Source: Eledone cirrhosa (lineage: Eukaryota). From it: 64,000 nt of DNA. A program made the translations under genes and the position numbers. The stretch is taken from NCBI GenBank assembly GCA_964016885.1, contig OZ024741.1:59706001-59770000 (forward strand), given 5' to 3'. The notes under the pieces were generated by a model. The model saw nothing but the letters and a program-made list of their open reading frames with translations, had not been told where the DNA came from and searched no databases. Below, one piece after another: positions 1 to 15,567 of this stretch (its first letter is position 1; each line of letters starts with the position of its first letter).

Positions 1-653
1 ACACATATATATGCATAAACTATACAGAGCCATATATATATATATATATATGTATATGGCTCTGTATGTATATGTAAATCTCTATATTTTATATACTCCC
101 GTAAGGTTGAGTAAAACTTTAGGCAGTATTCGGCTGCGCTTTCTAGCAACCAGCCTATTCGCCGTCAGGCACCAATCACAAGCTTTCTGATTTGACCACT
201 GGCCATGTGACAATTCTTAGCCATTTTGAATTCGTTTCTGGCGGGGATCATTATAGAAAAATCTTTGTCCAATTGAGTTTGTTTCCTGATGATTTTGAAA
301 CTCGTTGATTTATCCATGATTGGATATTTCCAAAAAGAGAATGAACTCTCCGGGGGTAGAAACATAGTTTTGATATGTTTATGTACATTTTTTCTTCTAA
401 CTTTGATTTTGTACCTAATTGTGTAAGGTTAACTATATATCTAGTCAATTTCTACGGTCTATTAGAATTACTGGGTAAATCTTCTGTGGCTGTGGATCGC
501 GGATAAAATAGCTGTCATTTATTTATCTATTGTTTCTTCATAGGTACATTTTAAACTTATAGCCTCGTTTAACTGATTTTATGTGGTTGATTATGCTGAT
601 CGGGAGAAGAAATACTGTATATATTTTATCAAATGATTCTATGGACTACCTTT

Positions 654-724
<71 letters not shown>

Positions 725-782
725 GTGTGCGTGTGTGCATGAGTGTGTGTCTATAGATACACACACACTTATATATATGAAG

Positions 783-848
<66 letters not shown>

Positions 849-1500
849 AGAGGCAGGGAATAATGGATAGATACATGTATACATAGATATATACATACAT
901 ACGTGCATACATACGTACATACATGCGTATATTCTCTACGTCTGTATGCATGTGCATAAATAATTAGCTATAAAAAAAAGTATAAGATTTAACGCGTGCA
1001 AAAGGTTGATATATTTGATATATATACAGCTACCATTGTCGCTAAAATCTCATAGAACATCTGTCTGTCATTTCATATGGAGATTTCTATTTGAAAATTA
1101 ATCTCGAAGAAAATTAATTGCTGCAAATAATTGAATAGAGATTCTTGTATTGGCTCTACTCCTATCAGGACATTTACAAATTATTGGAAGCCTTTAATTT
1201 TGGATTAAAATATCACAAAATATCACATCTATTTGGATTACAAGACAAATCTATTTATTCTTAAGGAAGCAAAGCTAAACATGCAAAGCAATACATAAGA
1301 CTTAATGGAAAATTGGAAGAAATATATATATATATATATACACAGGCTGCATTAAACATCGAAAGGAATATATATATATATATATATATATATTTATTAA
1401 AATAACAGATTAAAGTTTAAGCAAATTAGTCTTCAAATTTATTATTATTACTATATATATATATATATATATATATACAGGCTGAATTAAACTTTGGAAG

Positions 1501-1545
<45 letters not shown>

Positions 1546-1566
1546 CTGAATTAAACTTTGAAAGAA

Positions 1567-1609
<43 letters not shown>

Positions 1610-1668
1610 CAAGGTTTAGCAAATAGAGAAAAAGTTTTAAAATAAATTTTAAAAAGTTTACTGTACCT

Positions 1669-1754
1669 AACCCTTAGCGCGCGGTTTCAAGTCTCAAAAT
1701 AAACGGATAATCCATGCGGAAATCCATTGAGAAGAAGACCTTCGCCAGAGGGTT
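1669..1754 (-). ncRNA. Degenerate hammerhead in a pLTR-like fragment
   Basis: Minus strand AACCCT-CTGGCGA-AGGTCTT...GAGACTT-GAAACCGCGCGCTA-AGGGTT; the core carries substitutions. The fragment (~1607-1780) lies between microsatellites. Confidence 0.5.
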
Positions 1755-1799
1755 CTTCTCACTCTGAGAATATAAATATAAATATATGTGTGTGTGTGT

Positions 1800-1928
<129 letters not shown>

Positions 1929-4900
1929 GGCTGAATTAAACAATTAAAGAAGCCCTCTTAATCAAACAATTTAAACCTATAATCAATAATCAAATGGAAA
2001 GAAGTGCCCCAGAATGGCTAATTTAAGAGCCTGTATTCCAACATCCCAGTGGCACGTTTCATTCTTTCTTTCAAATTAAATCTGTCCTCACTAGGCAAAC
2101 ACACTTGGACTCACTCACACACATATATATTTCACACAGATATTTTCCCTTTTTATTATATACATATTCGCACACGCCTTTCACTATATAAACTTATATT
2201 CATGCACACACATGCATATATCATACACTTTTCCCCAGACATTTCACAACTCGCACGCTCGAAATGTTAACGTCTTTTCATTTCATTTAACTTACATCTG
2301 CTTCCCTAACAATCAAATTCGATCGATCCTTTAAGTTTCTGATAAGGATACTCCCTTGATAATGGGTTTTTAAACCTGAACATATTTGTGATTATTAAAT
2401 TTGCTAAGGTAAGATTCTATTGTTATCTTCGGAATTTTAATTTTCTAGTGCATTGTATGGTTTTCAAAATTATTCAAATTTGTGTTTCCTATTCAACAAT
2501 ACTTCAAGCAAACTACAACACACACTCTCTCTCACTATATATTCATTTATGTGTGTGTATGTATTGATTGTGAATTATTTGAATGTGTGTCTATGTTTGC
2601 GTTTCAGCTTGTGTCTTTATGTACTCTATCCTTGTGGTTCAACAAAGCTCGATCGCTAAAATATATATTAGACTTGAAGAAATGTGTACTGTATATGATT
2701 GATTACATTAAGGTGGTAACCCAGCATATCCTAGTTCTAACTAAAACCATAAAAGAACTCCACTCAATGAAGATAGATGCTGCCTCTATTTTTCAAATAA
2801 TATTGAAAATAAGAACTTGGTGGGATATAGTATTATATCTATGTCTCAATCCCGCCGAGATTAACTTTGCCTTTCATCCTTATGTGGTCGATAAAATAAA
2901 GTACCAGTAATACACTGGAATAATTGCTGGCCTTGTGCCAAAAGTAGAAACAATTATTAATCTGGTATTTTGGACATATCTTAAGAAATGGTTCTTACAA
3001 GATATTTAGTGCAAGGTTTGAATTTAAATGTGGATATTCTAAATAAGTATTTATTGCATCATAGATCTACTTGCAATTTCTGGTGCTTTTTACCAAAGGT
3101 TTATCATATTTATCTAAAATATGTTGCCATGACAATGTTTGGTGTTTCGATATTAATATATTATTTAGTTACTACCGATATATACATATATATATATATA
3201 TGGTTATATGTGTTCACATATTTTAATAAAAAAATTATATCCGGTCAAATACTTGCCAAAAAACAACTAACCAGACGTTATGTATACGGCTACCATGAAT
3301 CTAAAATATACGTAGAGAATCAGTGGAATCTATTATCTAATTTTAATTGATGGTTTACACTACTTGATATATACCCGTATGCAATCATCTTTATATTTTA
3401 CGGCGATTTATATAATATTATGTTGAACAAAATATAATACATCAGCGTCATTCGTTTCCACTTAATATTGAAAGTATGAATATTGAAAGTATTCTATGAT
3501 ATAAAACCAGAGACAAAATCTTTGGAATCGCAGTTAAATAAACTTTACATATTATATCACTAAATATGATTTATATTTAGTTATATATTTTAAATTACTG
3601 AAACACTATGATGCATTTAATTAAAGTATTTTACAAAGTATTATTAAAACAATTTATATTATTTCACTTAGTAGAGCTATCAATTTTATTAGATTGCTGT
3701 TTCATAATAAAATATTTTTTTCTGTTTATTATTGAATCTGTCACAGATCGCCCAAAACAACATACATTTTAACATAAATTATTTACGACTTTCAATTATA
3801 CTTTCTAGAAATTTCAAGCAGTTATATTTCCTTGTTAATAGATTCTCTGTTAAAAAATGTGTTTTGATGCCGATCTTATGTAACTTTATCTAACAATTTT
3901 AAGAGTATCGATATTTGATCCTGCACATTTTAGACAATTTTACTGTGTGAATGTGAAGGACCGTCTATCAGTATTTAAGGTGTTCGGCTCAATATCCTAA
4001 GATTATGAGATAGATTACCGGCCGTGAATTTGCGCTTTGGCAAGACTCTTTATTTCATGTTTACGACAATATGCAGGATGCCACATTGCTTGAACTACAG
4101 GTACACTCATCTTAAAAACCGACGGAGTTCTCATCCATTCCATATGTAACCGCATCTAGAGTGTAGATTTTAAATTCTGCATATTTTAGACACATTTAGG
4201 GTTTGGAAGGTAGTTCAATAGTATATTTATCTGCAATCTCTATGATTTACCATATTCAGAGTCAGTGAGGCAACGTATTAAATGCCTTGGTATCTGTTCT
4301 TCCTCCTTACTGTCTGAGTTCCACTCCCGCCCAACTTTGCCTTGCATCATTTCGAAGTCGATATATAAAGTATTACACCAGTAATGGGATATATTCTCTC
4401 CTCACGTTCTCTCCTTGTCTGAAAGGAATCGGCCGTTCTAAGATCTGGAGTGGGAGGGGCTGCATCAGGTTAAAAGGATTTCGGCTCCATCAGTAGTTAA
4501 AGGGTGTTTACTTTCCTTTCCTTCGATGAATTTATATTGAATTTATTATCTCAATACAATATTTGGAAATGAATGTATTAATATATTGTGTTTATTTGAT
4601 TAACGTCCTCCCAAAATAAATCCTATCAGGATATACATTTGAAAAGCTATATTGCAACTTTAAATCAATTTTCTAGCTTCTATTAATCTACTATGAAAGT
4701 TTCCACTTAAGAAATGAATAATCAATAATAATAAGATCTCCATTTACAACATTATAGTGACAAAGTGACATGCACTGGCACTCTGTGTAATAATGGATTT
4801 CTATCTAATCAGGTAGATGTGTATCATTAATGAGTAGCTGCATCACTAGCTATATAAATAGATACCAGTTTAAGACGACAATCTTTGTAAATTCCCATTG

Positions 4901-5689
4901 CATTATAGAATAAATCTATAGATTATAGAATAAATATTTAAAGAATAAATGCTTATGCAAATATTAATTCGTAAAAATTGCAAACTTCGCAGTTATTACA
5001 TCTGATTAGGAAATTACATGTAGAACAATAGGATCGATAAAATAAATACAAATCTTCATGGAATAATTACTCGGAGTCGATTTGGCTTTTTCATAACATT
5101 TCTACACAGGAGCGTATTCGCAATACTTACCCCCAAGACTTTGTGGCAACGTCTTTCCCATGAAGGTGGTAGCATAGTCCGACTAGAGTCTAACGATAAA
5201 ACCATTAAAAGAATAAAAAATAAACCAATATCTTGGTGAGATTCAAATTTTATTAGTAACACATACCTCATTTATGGAGCAAATATTTTAAATGTAACAA
5301 TATTTGAGAGGTCGGGTCAACTTGATCCTCTCAAATTTTCTGTACATTCATTTATTTTGATTATTTTTTTCTTTACATATTTATTTTTTTCTGGTATAAA
5401 AAATATCATATTCTATTTTGTTATCTGTTATACGTAAAGCTATATCTACTATATTTTTCAGACAGAAGTTATGCAATGATGGAAATATATAGAAAAAGGA
5501 TTTTAAAGAAATTAAATATTGAAAAAAGGGGTAGGTGTTAAAGAAAGGCAGATATGTCTGTATAGGAATGTAAAGGAAAGCACTATAAAGGCCATACATG
5601 AATAGAAAGGGAGGTAAAAAGTAAAGACTATTAGGCAACGAAAGAAAGAGATGGAAGGGAGAGGGTGACATACTACACCTAGGTCGTTG

Positions 5690-6265
5690 TGGTGTTTCAA
5701 CTGCGCCCCGTGGACAAAACTGCAAAGGCATTTCTGCGGACAATGGCCAGTGATACCCGCTGTGACTGCCACCCCTCCACGCGGAAATCCTTCCTCAGAC
5801 GGGTTTCAGACATTCCCATCTCCCGGAGAAGCACGGCTGTCCGGGTTACGAGGACGCCTGAGTTTCGACGGTGACCGATTCAAAGAGTGACGGTGACCGG
5901 ACAGTCCTCGGAGTTTGTGGCCGAAATGTCTAAGTTAGAGGCAGAGAACTTCTCACAGGATGTCGCGTAATAGATGAATGAGTTACTTCCATCGAATGGA
6001 ACGAGAGTAATTTCGTCAGTGCGCTTGCCATCTCCACGGTCAAGGCCTTCTGGCTCCAGTTGTGAGGGGAATCCGGCTGCATCCAGGCTCCTTCTCAATA
6101 TGTCGTTGATAGCAACATATCAGGGGACCGGCCTGCGCCATGGCGGTATGAGAGTGAGGGCAAGCCAAACTCGTCAACGGCAGCCCCCTGCGGCTCACAT
6201 ACGCGAAGGCCGAGGCATTGGGCCACTCATATACGAGTACACCTGTCATCAAGAAGGGTAACGGT
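5690..6265 (-). mobile_element. CRE-clade non-LTR retrotransposon 3' fragment (restriction-like endonuclease)
   Basis: GC-rich island translating, with frameshifts, to LEPEGLDRGDGKRTD..TLVPF, then FESVTVET.GVL..LLREMG and QRVSLAIVRRNA, typical of CRE C-termini. Confidence 0.75.
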
Positions 6266-8475
6266 AGATGAAGAAAGCACAGGTTAGCGTTGTCTTTCAT
6301 CCTTACGGGGTCGATAACACAAAGTACTAGTAATTCACTGGGGCAGATTTAATCGACCTTCCCCTCCCCTAAAATTGTTGGCTTGTGCCAACATCAGAAA
6401 CCAATATTATCCACCGGGACTTTGTAGCAAGAACTTTCCGTTGTTTTTCAAAGGAGATATCATCGTACTAAGAATTCTTCATCGCTAGAATCTTAGATGG
6501 TCTATTATATTACAATTATTTATGACCTGATCTAGAATAAATAATGATGATACTCTTCTGATAAATTCACCACATGACTAATATATATTTCCTCAATATA
6601 TTCCTTAATACATTGTTTGCATATACATTTTCTCCTTATTTATTTATCTACATGTTTCTGCATTTTATTAACACCTAAAACAATAAATACACCTGGATAT
6701 CTCTAGTATTATTCAATTGTTTTCGTTCCATGTAAGCAAGAAAATAGAATGAAATATACAACTCATATCTAAGCAGATTCAGCTGGAGGTTTTTCACGTG
6801 TCCTAGTTATATTATGCGATTGTTTTTACACTTCATAACTATGCAGGTTTAGCAGATATTCCATGTAGTCTTAACATACATGAGGTTTCTTGGATGTTTT
6901 AGCGACTTGAAATAAAGCGTCTTGCTCAGAAACATAATATGCTGCCCAGTCATGGAATCGAACTCACGACATTGTGCCCGTGTGTAATTCACCCAAAACA
7001 AGCGCCTCCACTGTAATGTATTCTTAGAGCAGGGACTATAGTTCTTTCCCACGAAAGTAGAAAAAAGAAATAAAGTTTCCATATAACAACTGTGTTTAGT
7101 CTTTCGTAATTTATACAGTAGTTCCCGTTGTTTTTAGGGTAATATTTTTTACGTTGATTGTTTTCGATTCAATATTCCCTTCTTCCCTTCATTTAAACCA
7201 CTTATCATCTAGCTGCCTCTATGAACATATACAAACTCTTGTGAAGGCGAGAGTCTGAATGATTAGGATTCTTTGTTCATGATAGTAAGGTCATGAATTC
7301 GATTCCCGTACCTTCAGCAATAAACTTTAATTTATATTTCTCCACTCCACTCAGCTAGCAAAAATGAATTGTACCTGTTCTCCAAAGCACCGGCTTTGTC
7401 AAACATGAGAGATATGTTAAAGGTAGAGATGTCTGTGAAATGCTCAGCCGCTAGCACGTTAAATTCACTAGATAGTAATCCCCATGATCAAACAATTGAA
7501 ACACCCATCGTCGAAACTGACGGAAGACCACAACCAACAACAATAAGAGTTCCCATTTCCAGCATTTATCTCTATATATTTAGATCCACTTGACATTTTA
7601 CTTTGGCACTTCCTTTCTTCCAATTCATCACTCACATTGGTATCAGGTCTCAGGCCATAATATATTCTGTGTCTAAACCAGTTCGTCATCTCTATTCCTT
7701 TCCATTGTATATGTAATTAAATTTCTGACCACTTGGCGCCGAATTCAAGACAGTTGCAATAGATATCGATAAAGAAAACATCCCTTTTATGACAATAATG
7801 ACCGATGCATAAATTCTCTCCAGCTCTATGCTCCTCGCTCTTAACAATACAAACACGTCTTTAGAACTTTTATACTACGACACTTGTCTTGAAATCTCCA
7901 AACATTTCTTAAGCGAACGTATTTCTATAGTGTTAACTACACTCAGTCTGGTTATACGTGCCAAATAATAATTAGATCCTTGCTTTAAGCAGAATACTAG
8001 GTGTATTCTAGTAACGTATAGACTTTCCTTCCGTTTCTATATCTTACATTTCGTTACCAGTGTATATTCAATTCAATACCGTTATGGAAAATTTCTCAGT
8101 AATAACAATGTATTCAGCTTTTCATTGTTTTGACATTCTTGTTTTTGTTAGAAAACGCACTTGCAATAATGGTACCTACTATATTTTATCATATTTAATG
8201 CAGAAACTGTTCATTCCGTTCTTTCGTTTCTGTTTTATTCATTTCATCCCCCATTATTTTGAAGTATTTCATCTATTCAGACGTGAATATAATAAACATA
8301 GCTTTAGTTTATTTCACTGCTCGTTTTTACATTTTTCATCGGGTATTATAAGAAATAATGAGAATGCGCCAAGAGCATAATTTATATCTACAACAGAAAA
8401 TATATATCGACCTATCTATTTTCTCATGTATGCAATTATACGAGACAGCATTTATGTATCAATATATGTACACAT

Positions 8476-8572
8476 GTATGTATGTATGTATGTATGTATG
8501 TATGTATGTATGTATGTATGTATGTATGTATGTATGTATGTATGTATGTATGTATGTATGTATGTATGTATG
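8476..8572. repeat. (TATG)n microsatellite
   Basis: Direct inspection. A degenerate (TATG/TA) array also lies at 33243-33660. Confidence 0.97.
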
Positions 8573-8806
8573 TGTGTGTGTATGTATGTATATGTATATG
8601 ATTGTGTCTGTATGCATGTGTGCATACGTGTTCTTGGATGAATGTATAGAGGTATGTATACCTATATATGTATATGTGTATGTAAGCATGCATGTATATG
8701 CATATCCAAATGTATATTAATCATTTCATAAACTCATAAACATGCATAGGATCAGAAATACATGAGGAGCTCATACTTAATTGTTCACACAGAAACACAC
8801 ATGCAC

Positions 8807-8840
<34 letters not shown>

Positions 8841-8853
8841 GGAGAGAGGGAGA

Positions 8854-8900
<47 letters not shown>

Positions 8901-9979
8901 GTATATAGATTTATATCGAATTCATATAAATATATGTGAAAGGTAAAATTCACCCTCTACATAAATCCACAAACGGTGGAAAGTATATATTGAAATGGGT
9001 GTATTGAAAGGTAACTCTGGGATTCCCGTTTCTTGTGTAAATGTTTAAATATAAATATACTTATTGGAGGTATGATTATTTAGCAGTACATCAATATATG
9101 ATTCGTTACCAACTAATCTCTCGGAAATTACGGCACATATTAACGTTCAAAATCGATAAAGGCAGTGAACTGGCAAAGTCATTAGAGCGTTCGATTAAAT
9201 CCCTTGGTATTTATTCCGGTTCTATGCGCTAAAGTTCAAATCCCACAGAGCTCTACTTTGCCTTTCATCCTTTTGTGTTCAACAAAGTACCAGTCCATGG
9301 GCGGTAAACTGTTGCAAGTGTTAGACGGAATGTCCTAAACTCTGTTCAGCTTTGTAACACCTCAGTAAACAGGCCAAAGAAATGCGAATTTTCCTGTAAA
9401 TTGAAAGAAATTAAACAGCATTAATCGATTTTCGGACCCAGTTAGGTCTTCATCAGAAGGTGTATATATTATCTAAACACACGCTTCTTAACGAACTACG
9501 AGCACGAGCGCTGCTTTTATGCAAATTAATACTTCCATTTCATAATAGTATTCTGAGTGACTGGGTATAAGTCCATCAAATACAGGTTTCCTTGATATTG
9601 ATAAGAAGATATACACCTTCTCATGAATATCCAACTGGGTACGAAAATCGATTAGATGGGTTTAGCATTCTTTGAATTTACAGGGAAATTCGTATTATAC
9701 CTATCATCGAACAACTGGAAAGTTTTTCGTCGGAATTGACCGTGGGACAATAATATGATGGTTGTAATCAGCAATTATTAATATCTGTTGTGTAACTTCC
9801 ACTCTGTTTTACAATTCTCCTGGCAACAAAAGTATAATTACTTTTAATGTTATTTTTTCCAGGGAGAGATAGAAATTCTACATTGTCTTAATATATATTT
9901 ATATATTGAAATGTTTTATTGTATAACGCTTGCTGTGTATTTTCCACTAAATCATGGTGAATTTATATTTGACAATTGC

Positions 9980-10325
9980 ATAGCTAAACAGTTAAGACGT
10001 TTGTTTTGCATTTATTAAGTCCCGAGTTCAAACCCATTGCGTTTGTTCTTAGGCAAGTGTCCTTTACGAGAGCCTCAGATTGACTGAAGTCTTTTGAGTG
10101 AAATTAAGGAGAACCTATTTGAAAGGGCGCTGGATACGCTATACCCGCAATTCAAAAGGCCAGCCCTGTCTCTCGCTTTGCCACACTGAGCTTTCCTGGA
10201 AATTTCATTAAAGGTACACTTATCTGTGGAATGCTCTGACTCTACATATACGCTATATTTCACGAGCAGGATGTTCTGTAGATCGAAAAAATCAACTGAA
10301 ACACTCATCGTCGAAATCGACAGAA
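9980..10325 (+). mobile_element. Older tRNA-derived SINE, second family (representative copy)
   Basis: B-box GAGTTCAAACCC, body AAGGTACAC..TCTGTGGAATGCTC and TTTCACGAGCAGG. Diverged relatives at ~7255-7530, 11680-11880, 14280-14460, 23925-24260, 27630-27930, 28035-28300, 37430-37690, 38700-39040 and 39480-39700. Confidence 0.65.
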
Positions 10326-11190
10326 GTTTATTTCATTCCACTCGAATAGCTATTACAAATAAACATATTAGACTAAACAATTGCTGTCGCATAATCGGAA
10401 GAATTCTCTCATAAGAAGGAAAGAAGCATTTTTTTTGGCAGGAAACCATATTTTCTTTTTTTATTCTAACCAATTCCCCTGATTGTTTTGTTTTATTTTT
10501 GTACTTTCCTCTTTTTGTCGTTGTTTTTGTTGTTGTTTTTGTTCATCGCTACATTTGAGAGAAAATAGTTATGAATGACCTTATGGAAATCGTTTGGTTT
10601 TCAATCTTTGAGATTGAGGAACAGCAAACGATTGTCTGTCACTTACTCGCCGACAGTTAATAAATTTACACATAAATCAGGCTAAAAATGTATAATATCA
10701 TGCAATAAAGTATATAAGGAAATTGAATCGGCAGTCGACCAAACATAATCATATTTTATACGGGAGCACATCATTATCAAACCTACATTCTAAAACATTA
10801 TGTTGTCCAAAAACAACACAAATATCTGTCAAAATTGGGGGAAAATAAAGCGAAATACATTATAAAACTCCATAGATCATTGGTAGATCACATAGTCAGT
10901 CAAATAGACCATCGCTGGTAATGAGAACACAGCTTTGATATATCTAGAAAAGAATGACACAGATGTCACAACTCTCAACTCCTCTTGAGTCTATAATTTT
11001 AGACTTTATATCCATTACAACTTATACTATAATAAAAAGAAATGATTTCAAATAGATTCACTGTCTATCATAAAGACTTATTTACATACACACACACGCC
11101 TCACACATACACACACACATATATATATATATATGTATATGTGTGTGTAAATATATATATATATATTTATATATACACATATATATGTAC

Positions 11191-11276
<86 letters not shown>

Positions 11277-12328
11277 CGAAGGAGGTGTGGTAAGAACCAG
11301 GGGGACCATAACGCACCAGAGTAATATAGAAAAGCTGCTACAGGACTAGAGCTGTTTCATTCGTGAAAAATCATCAGGGCTTCCTGGTGATTTCTCACGA
11401 ATGAAACAGTTCTATTCCTGTAGAAGCTTTCTATATTAAAACATTTATGCTCTGCTATGTATTGAGTACCTTACTTACTGTGGTTAACTCCGATTCAACC
11501 CGGAATAAATTTATTTATATATATATATATACATACACGCACAGAAATAATCACCCACACACACTTACATATATACATATATATAAAGTTATATTTGTAT
11601 ATATAGAAGTTGTCTAACCAAGGCTGCGTCTATGTGTTTATAAATATACACATTTTGAATATGTTTCATAAATGCATGTACGGTTACCTCAGGGAGATTG
11701 AGCATGACACATGGTGTGACAAAGCTGATCCTTTGATTTAAAGGTACAACTCATTTTTTTCTCAACTTGTATGGGCAACGTGAAATAGTATGATTTGTCT
11801 AAGGACACAATACTCGACCAGGAATAGAACTCATGAACTTCCGAACGTGAGTCGAACAAAGTAACCACATACCACGTACGCTGTATACATAAAATGCAAA
11901 GATCATGAACTTATTTTATAATGAAAAACATATTAAACAAGAAATGTTATTAATTTCCCATCCTAACACAATTGTTGATTATTCTTACCTGGTAAATACG
12001 CTAAATTCTTCTTAACGCAATAGCATGTTTGTCATGCGGACACTTGTAATTATAGCTGCAGGGAAATACCTGTACACTATCTCTGTAAAGTAAACTCATT
12101 ATTGATAACGCGAGAGCAAACTTAGGTTTGAGTTAAACAACATACACACAAAATATACTTTCATGTCTGAGAACACTAAAAAACAACCATCTATGGAAAC
12201 TTTCCTGATAAAAACTTCACCATTTAGATATTTTATCTTTTAGTAACTTGCACGTCATTGTGTACTATACATATATATATATGTATATATATATGAATAG
12301 TACACATGGACGTGCAAGTTACTAAAAG

Positions 12329-12416
<88 letters not shown>

Positions 12417-12486
12417 TTGTTAAATCATTGATTACTTCTGTAATACATTTCATTTATATAGAAACACATATATCACACGCACACAC

Positions 12487-13056
<570 letters not shown>

Positions 13057-13567
13057 TTTATATTATGAAGTGTTTTTAAATTCACCATATCGGTATGTAT
13101 TCATTCAGTGTCTGTTGCTAAAATAGTTTATGTGCGACTATTTGCAAAGTTATTCATCTGTTCAAGTTTGCAATGTGTTAGTATTTCCTTCATCTCAATC
13201 ACTTGTTCCTATTTATTGGAATAATATACTTTTACACTGTGAAGTCATTTTCCTCTTTCTCCTACTCCGTGTGAAATGCTGTAAAAGCAATTCTCATTAT
13301 CAACCACTTCTTTCTTATAGAATATTTATGATGTTCAGATTTGAGTAGATTTTAAGGTTCTCACCACCAACATCAAGAGAGAACATCTAGATCGCGTACT
13401 TAATAGATTATTATTGATCATTTTCTGATAAACTATCGTTTGAAATTTAGAATATATATTATTTCCAATGGTGCCAGACCGGAATATGAGACGGAATAAT
13501 CAAGATGGTTATCAAGATTGAATAACTTTTTTCTTACATAACAACAACAACAATAATACTAATAATA

Positions 13568-14020
13568 ATTGTTTCTACTTTAGGCACAAGGCCATAAATT
13601 TGAAGGGGAGAGGAAAGTCGATTAAATCAACCCCTGTGATTTACTGGTGCTGTAATTTATCGACCCTGTAAGGATGAAAGACAAAGTTAACCTCGGCGGG
13701 GTTTGAACTCAGAACGTAAAGGCCCGTAACTCTATGTTGCGAAGCATGTTGTTTGATACTCTACCGATACTGCCAATCCACGACCCTACTAACAATGGTT
13801 TCTTATATAGGCACAACACCAGCAATTTTTTTTGGGGTGGTGGGGGGGGAGTCGATGAAATTGGCCCCAGTGCGTGACTGGTAATTTATTTTATCGACCC
13901 CGTAAGGATGAAAGGCAAAGTTAATCTCGGCGGGATTTGAACTCAGTACGTAAAGGCCCGTAATTCTATGTTGCGAAGCATGTTGTTTGATACTCTACCA
14001 ATACTGCCAATCCACCACCC
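13568..14020 (-). mobile_element. Two tandem tRNA-derived SINEs with a Nin/Deu-like central domain
   Basis: B-box GAGTTCAAA(C/T)CC followed by TTTCATCCTTAC.GGGTCGATAAA...ACCAG. Further copies at ~2845-2960(+), 4260-4385(+), 6285-6410(+), 9160-9295(+) and 35790-35945(+). Confidence 0.8.
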
Positions 14021-14582
14021 TACTACTAATAATAATGATAACGATAACAACAACAATATCAATATGTAATCAATTACGAATGTTTTTCTTTTTTAATTTC
14101 TTATGTATTTTGAATAATAGTAGTAATGAACGTAAATTTGCTTGACTAATGACTTGAATAGGTAGAAAGTACTCGGTTTTTATCTTGTGTTGCCTTGTTG
14201 GCTAATAAATAGTGTAGTTCCTTTATGTGGCCTATATCATAATTATAATCACAAATACATAATCGTCTAAGATAATCTAAGGCCTTGTGAGTGAAATTGG
14301 TTAGGTGGGGATTGGATGGAAGCTCGTCAGACTGACTATACTTGTAATTGAAATAGCTAGTTTCGTTTCACTGTGTGTCACGTAGAATCTCCCTGAGTAC
14401 TACGATAAAAGTACACTCGTTTATGGAATGCGTAACCACTTACAGGGTAAACATTAGTCGTCAGGGCCTACGGAGCTGGAAAGACATGAGTCGGTGTTGT
14501 AGGTGTCGTTTCCAATTGCATGACTCTCGGTGTTTTAGTATATTTCGCTATGGTGAATATTTTCCAGGGAGAGAAAGAAAGT

Positions 14583-14715
14583 GATAAAGAGCTACATTGA
14601 AAGCTCAAGTTACCACCTTTATAAATACAAAAGACTATATACTCTGAAAGAAACCAGAATGTGATAGTTGAAGATAAAGTGAAGAAGAAAATGCAATTAT
14701 ATGATATATATACAC

Positions 14716-14761
<46 letters not shown>

Positions 14762-15555
14762 CACAGAGAGAAGTGTGTTACACAGTGAGATGTGTGTAAA
14801 GAATTATTACATGTGAGTTTAACCGTTACTGTATGGAAAACAACACCTACAGGTTAGCAATTAAATAGAAAGAACACTAAGTCAGAATCAAATCTTCGAA
14901 GTAGAGTTTTAAATTACCAACCTTATAACTATAAGCTTGCTGTTTCGAATCTATTTCGTTTCGCCACTGAAATGTGTAGTGTAAAAGTTCACAGGTTTCT
15001 CAGTCAGCAAGTGTGTTCGCTACACATCTAGCCTAATGGAAAGAGAGAACGCAAATATACACGCTGCCCAGAGCAGGGCGAAAACACGTGTTATTTGCAT
15101 CAAATAACGGCTCTCATGAATTGGGGAAAATGCTAAAGAGAGCAGCCCAACCATTCGAATTTATTAGCTCAACAATTTGGAGCTCGGAATTAGAGTATTC
15201 CGCAGTTCACAGTATTAATAATATTAGCTCAAAGAAGAACAGAGAATTTTCAACTGAGCTCAAATACAAATATATTACACAGAGAGAAGTGTGTTACACA
15301 GTAAGATGTGTGTAACACACTTCTCTCTGTGTAATATATTTGTATTTGAGCTCAGTTGAAAATTCTCTGTCTTCTTTGAGCTAATATATATATATATATA
15401 TATATAAATACGAAATACGTGTATATGTATCATATAATTGCATTTTCTTCACTTTATATTCAACTATCACATTCTGGTTTCTTTCAGAGTATATAGTCCA
15501 TCTGACTTTTGTATTTATAAAGCTGGTAACTTGACCTTTCAATGTAGCTCTTTAA
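14583..15555. repeat. Nested inverted repeats
   Basis: 14583-14719 mirrors 15416-15554. An inner hairpin at 15219-15386 is centred near 15303, and its core has a direct copy at 14757-14797. Confidence 0.85.
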
Positions 15556-15567
15556 CACTTATATATA

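Noticed and set aside
1340-1570. CRISPR-like repeat-spacer array
   Set aside because: The spacers are TA microsatellites, the context is eukaryotic, and there are no cas genes.
12000-12082. DSVQVFPCSYNY as a GT8/GXYLT-like exon
   Set aside because: The resemblance covers only ~12 residues, the frame soon stops, and no other exons of that family were seen.
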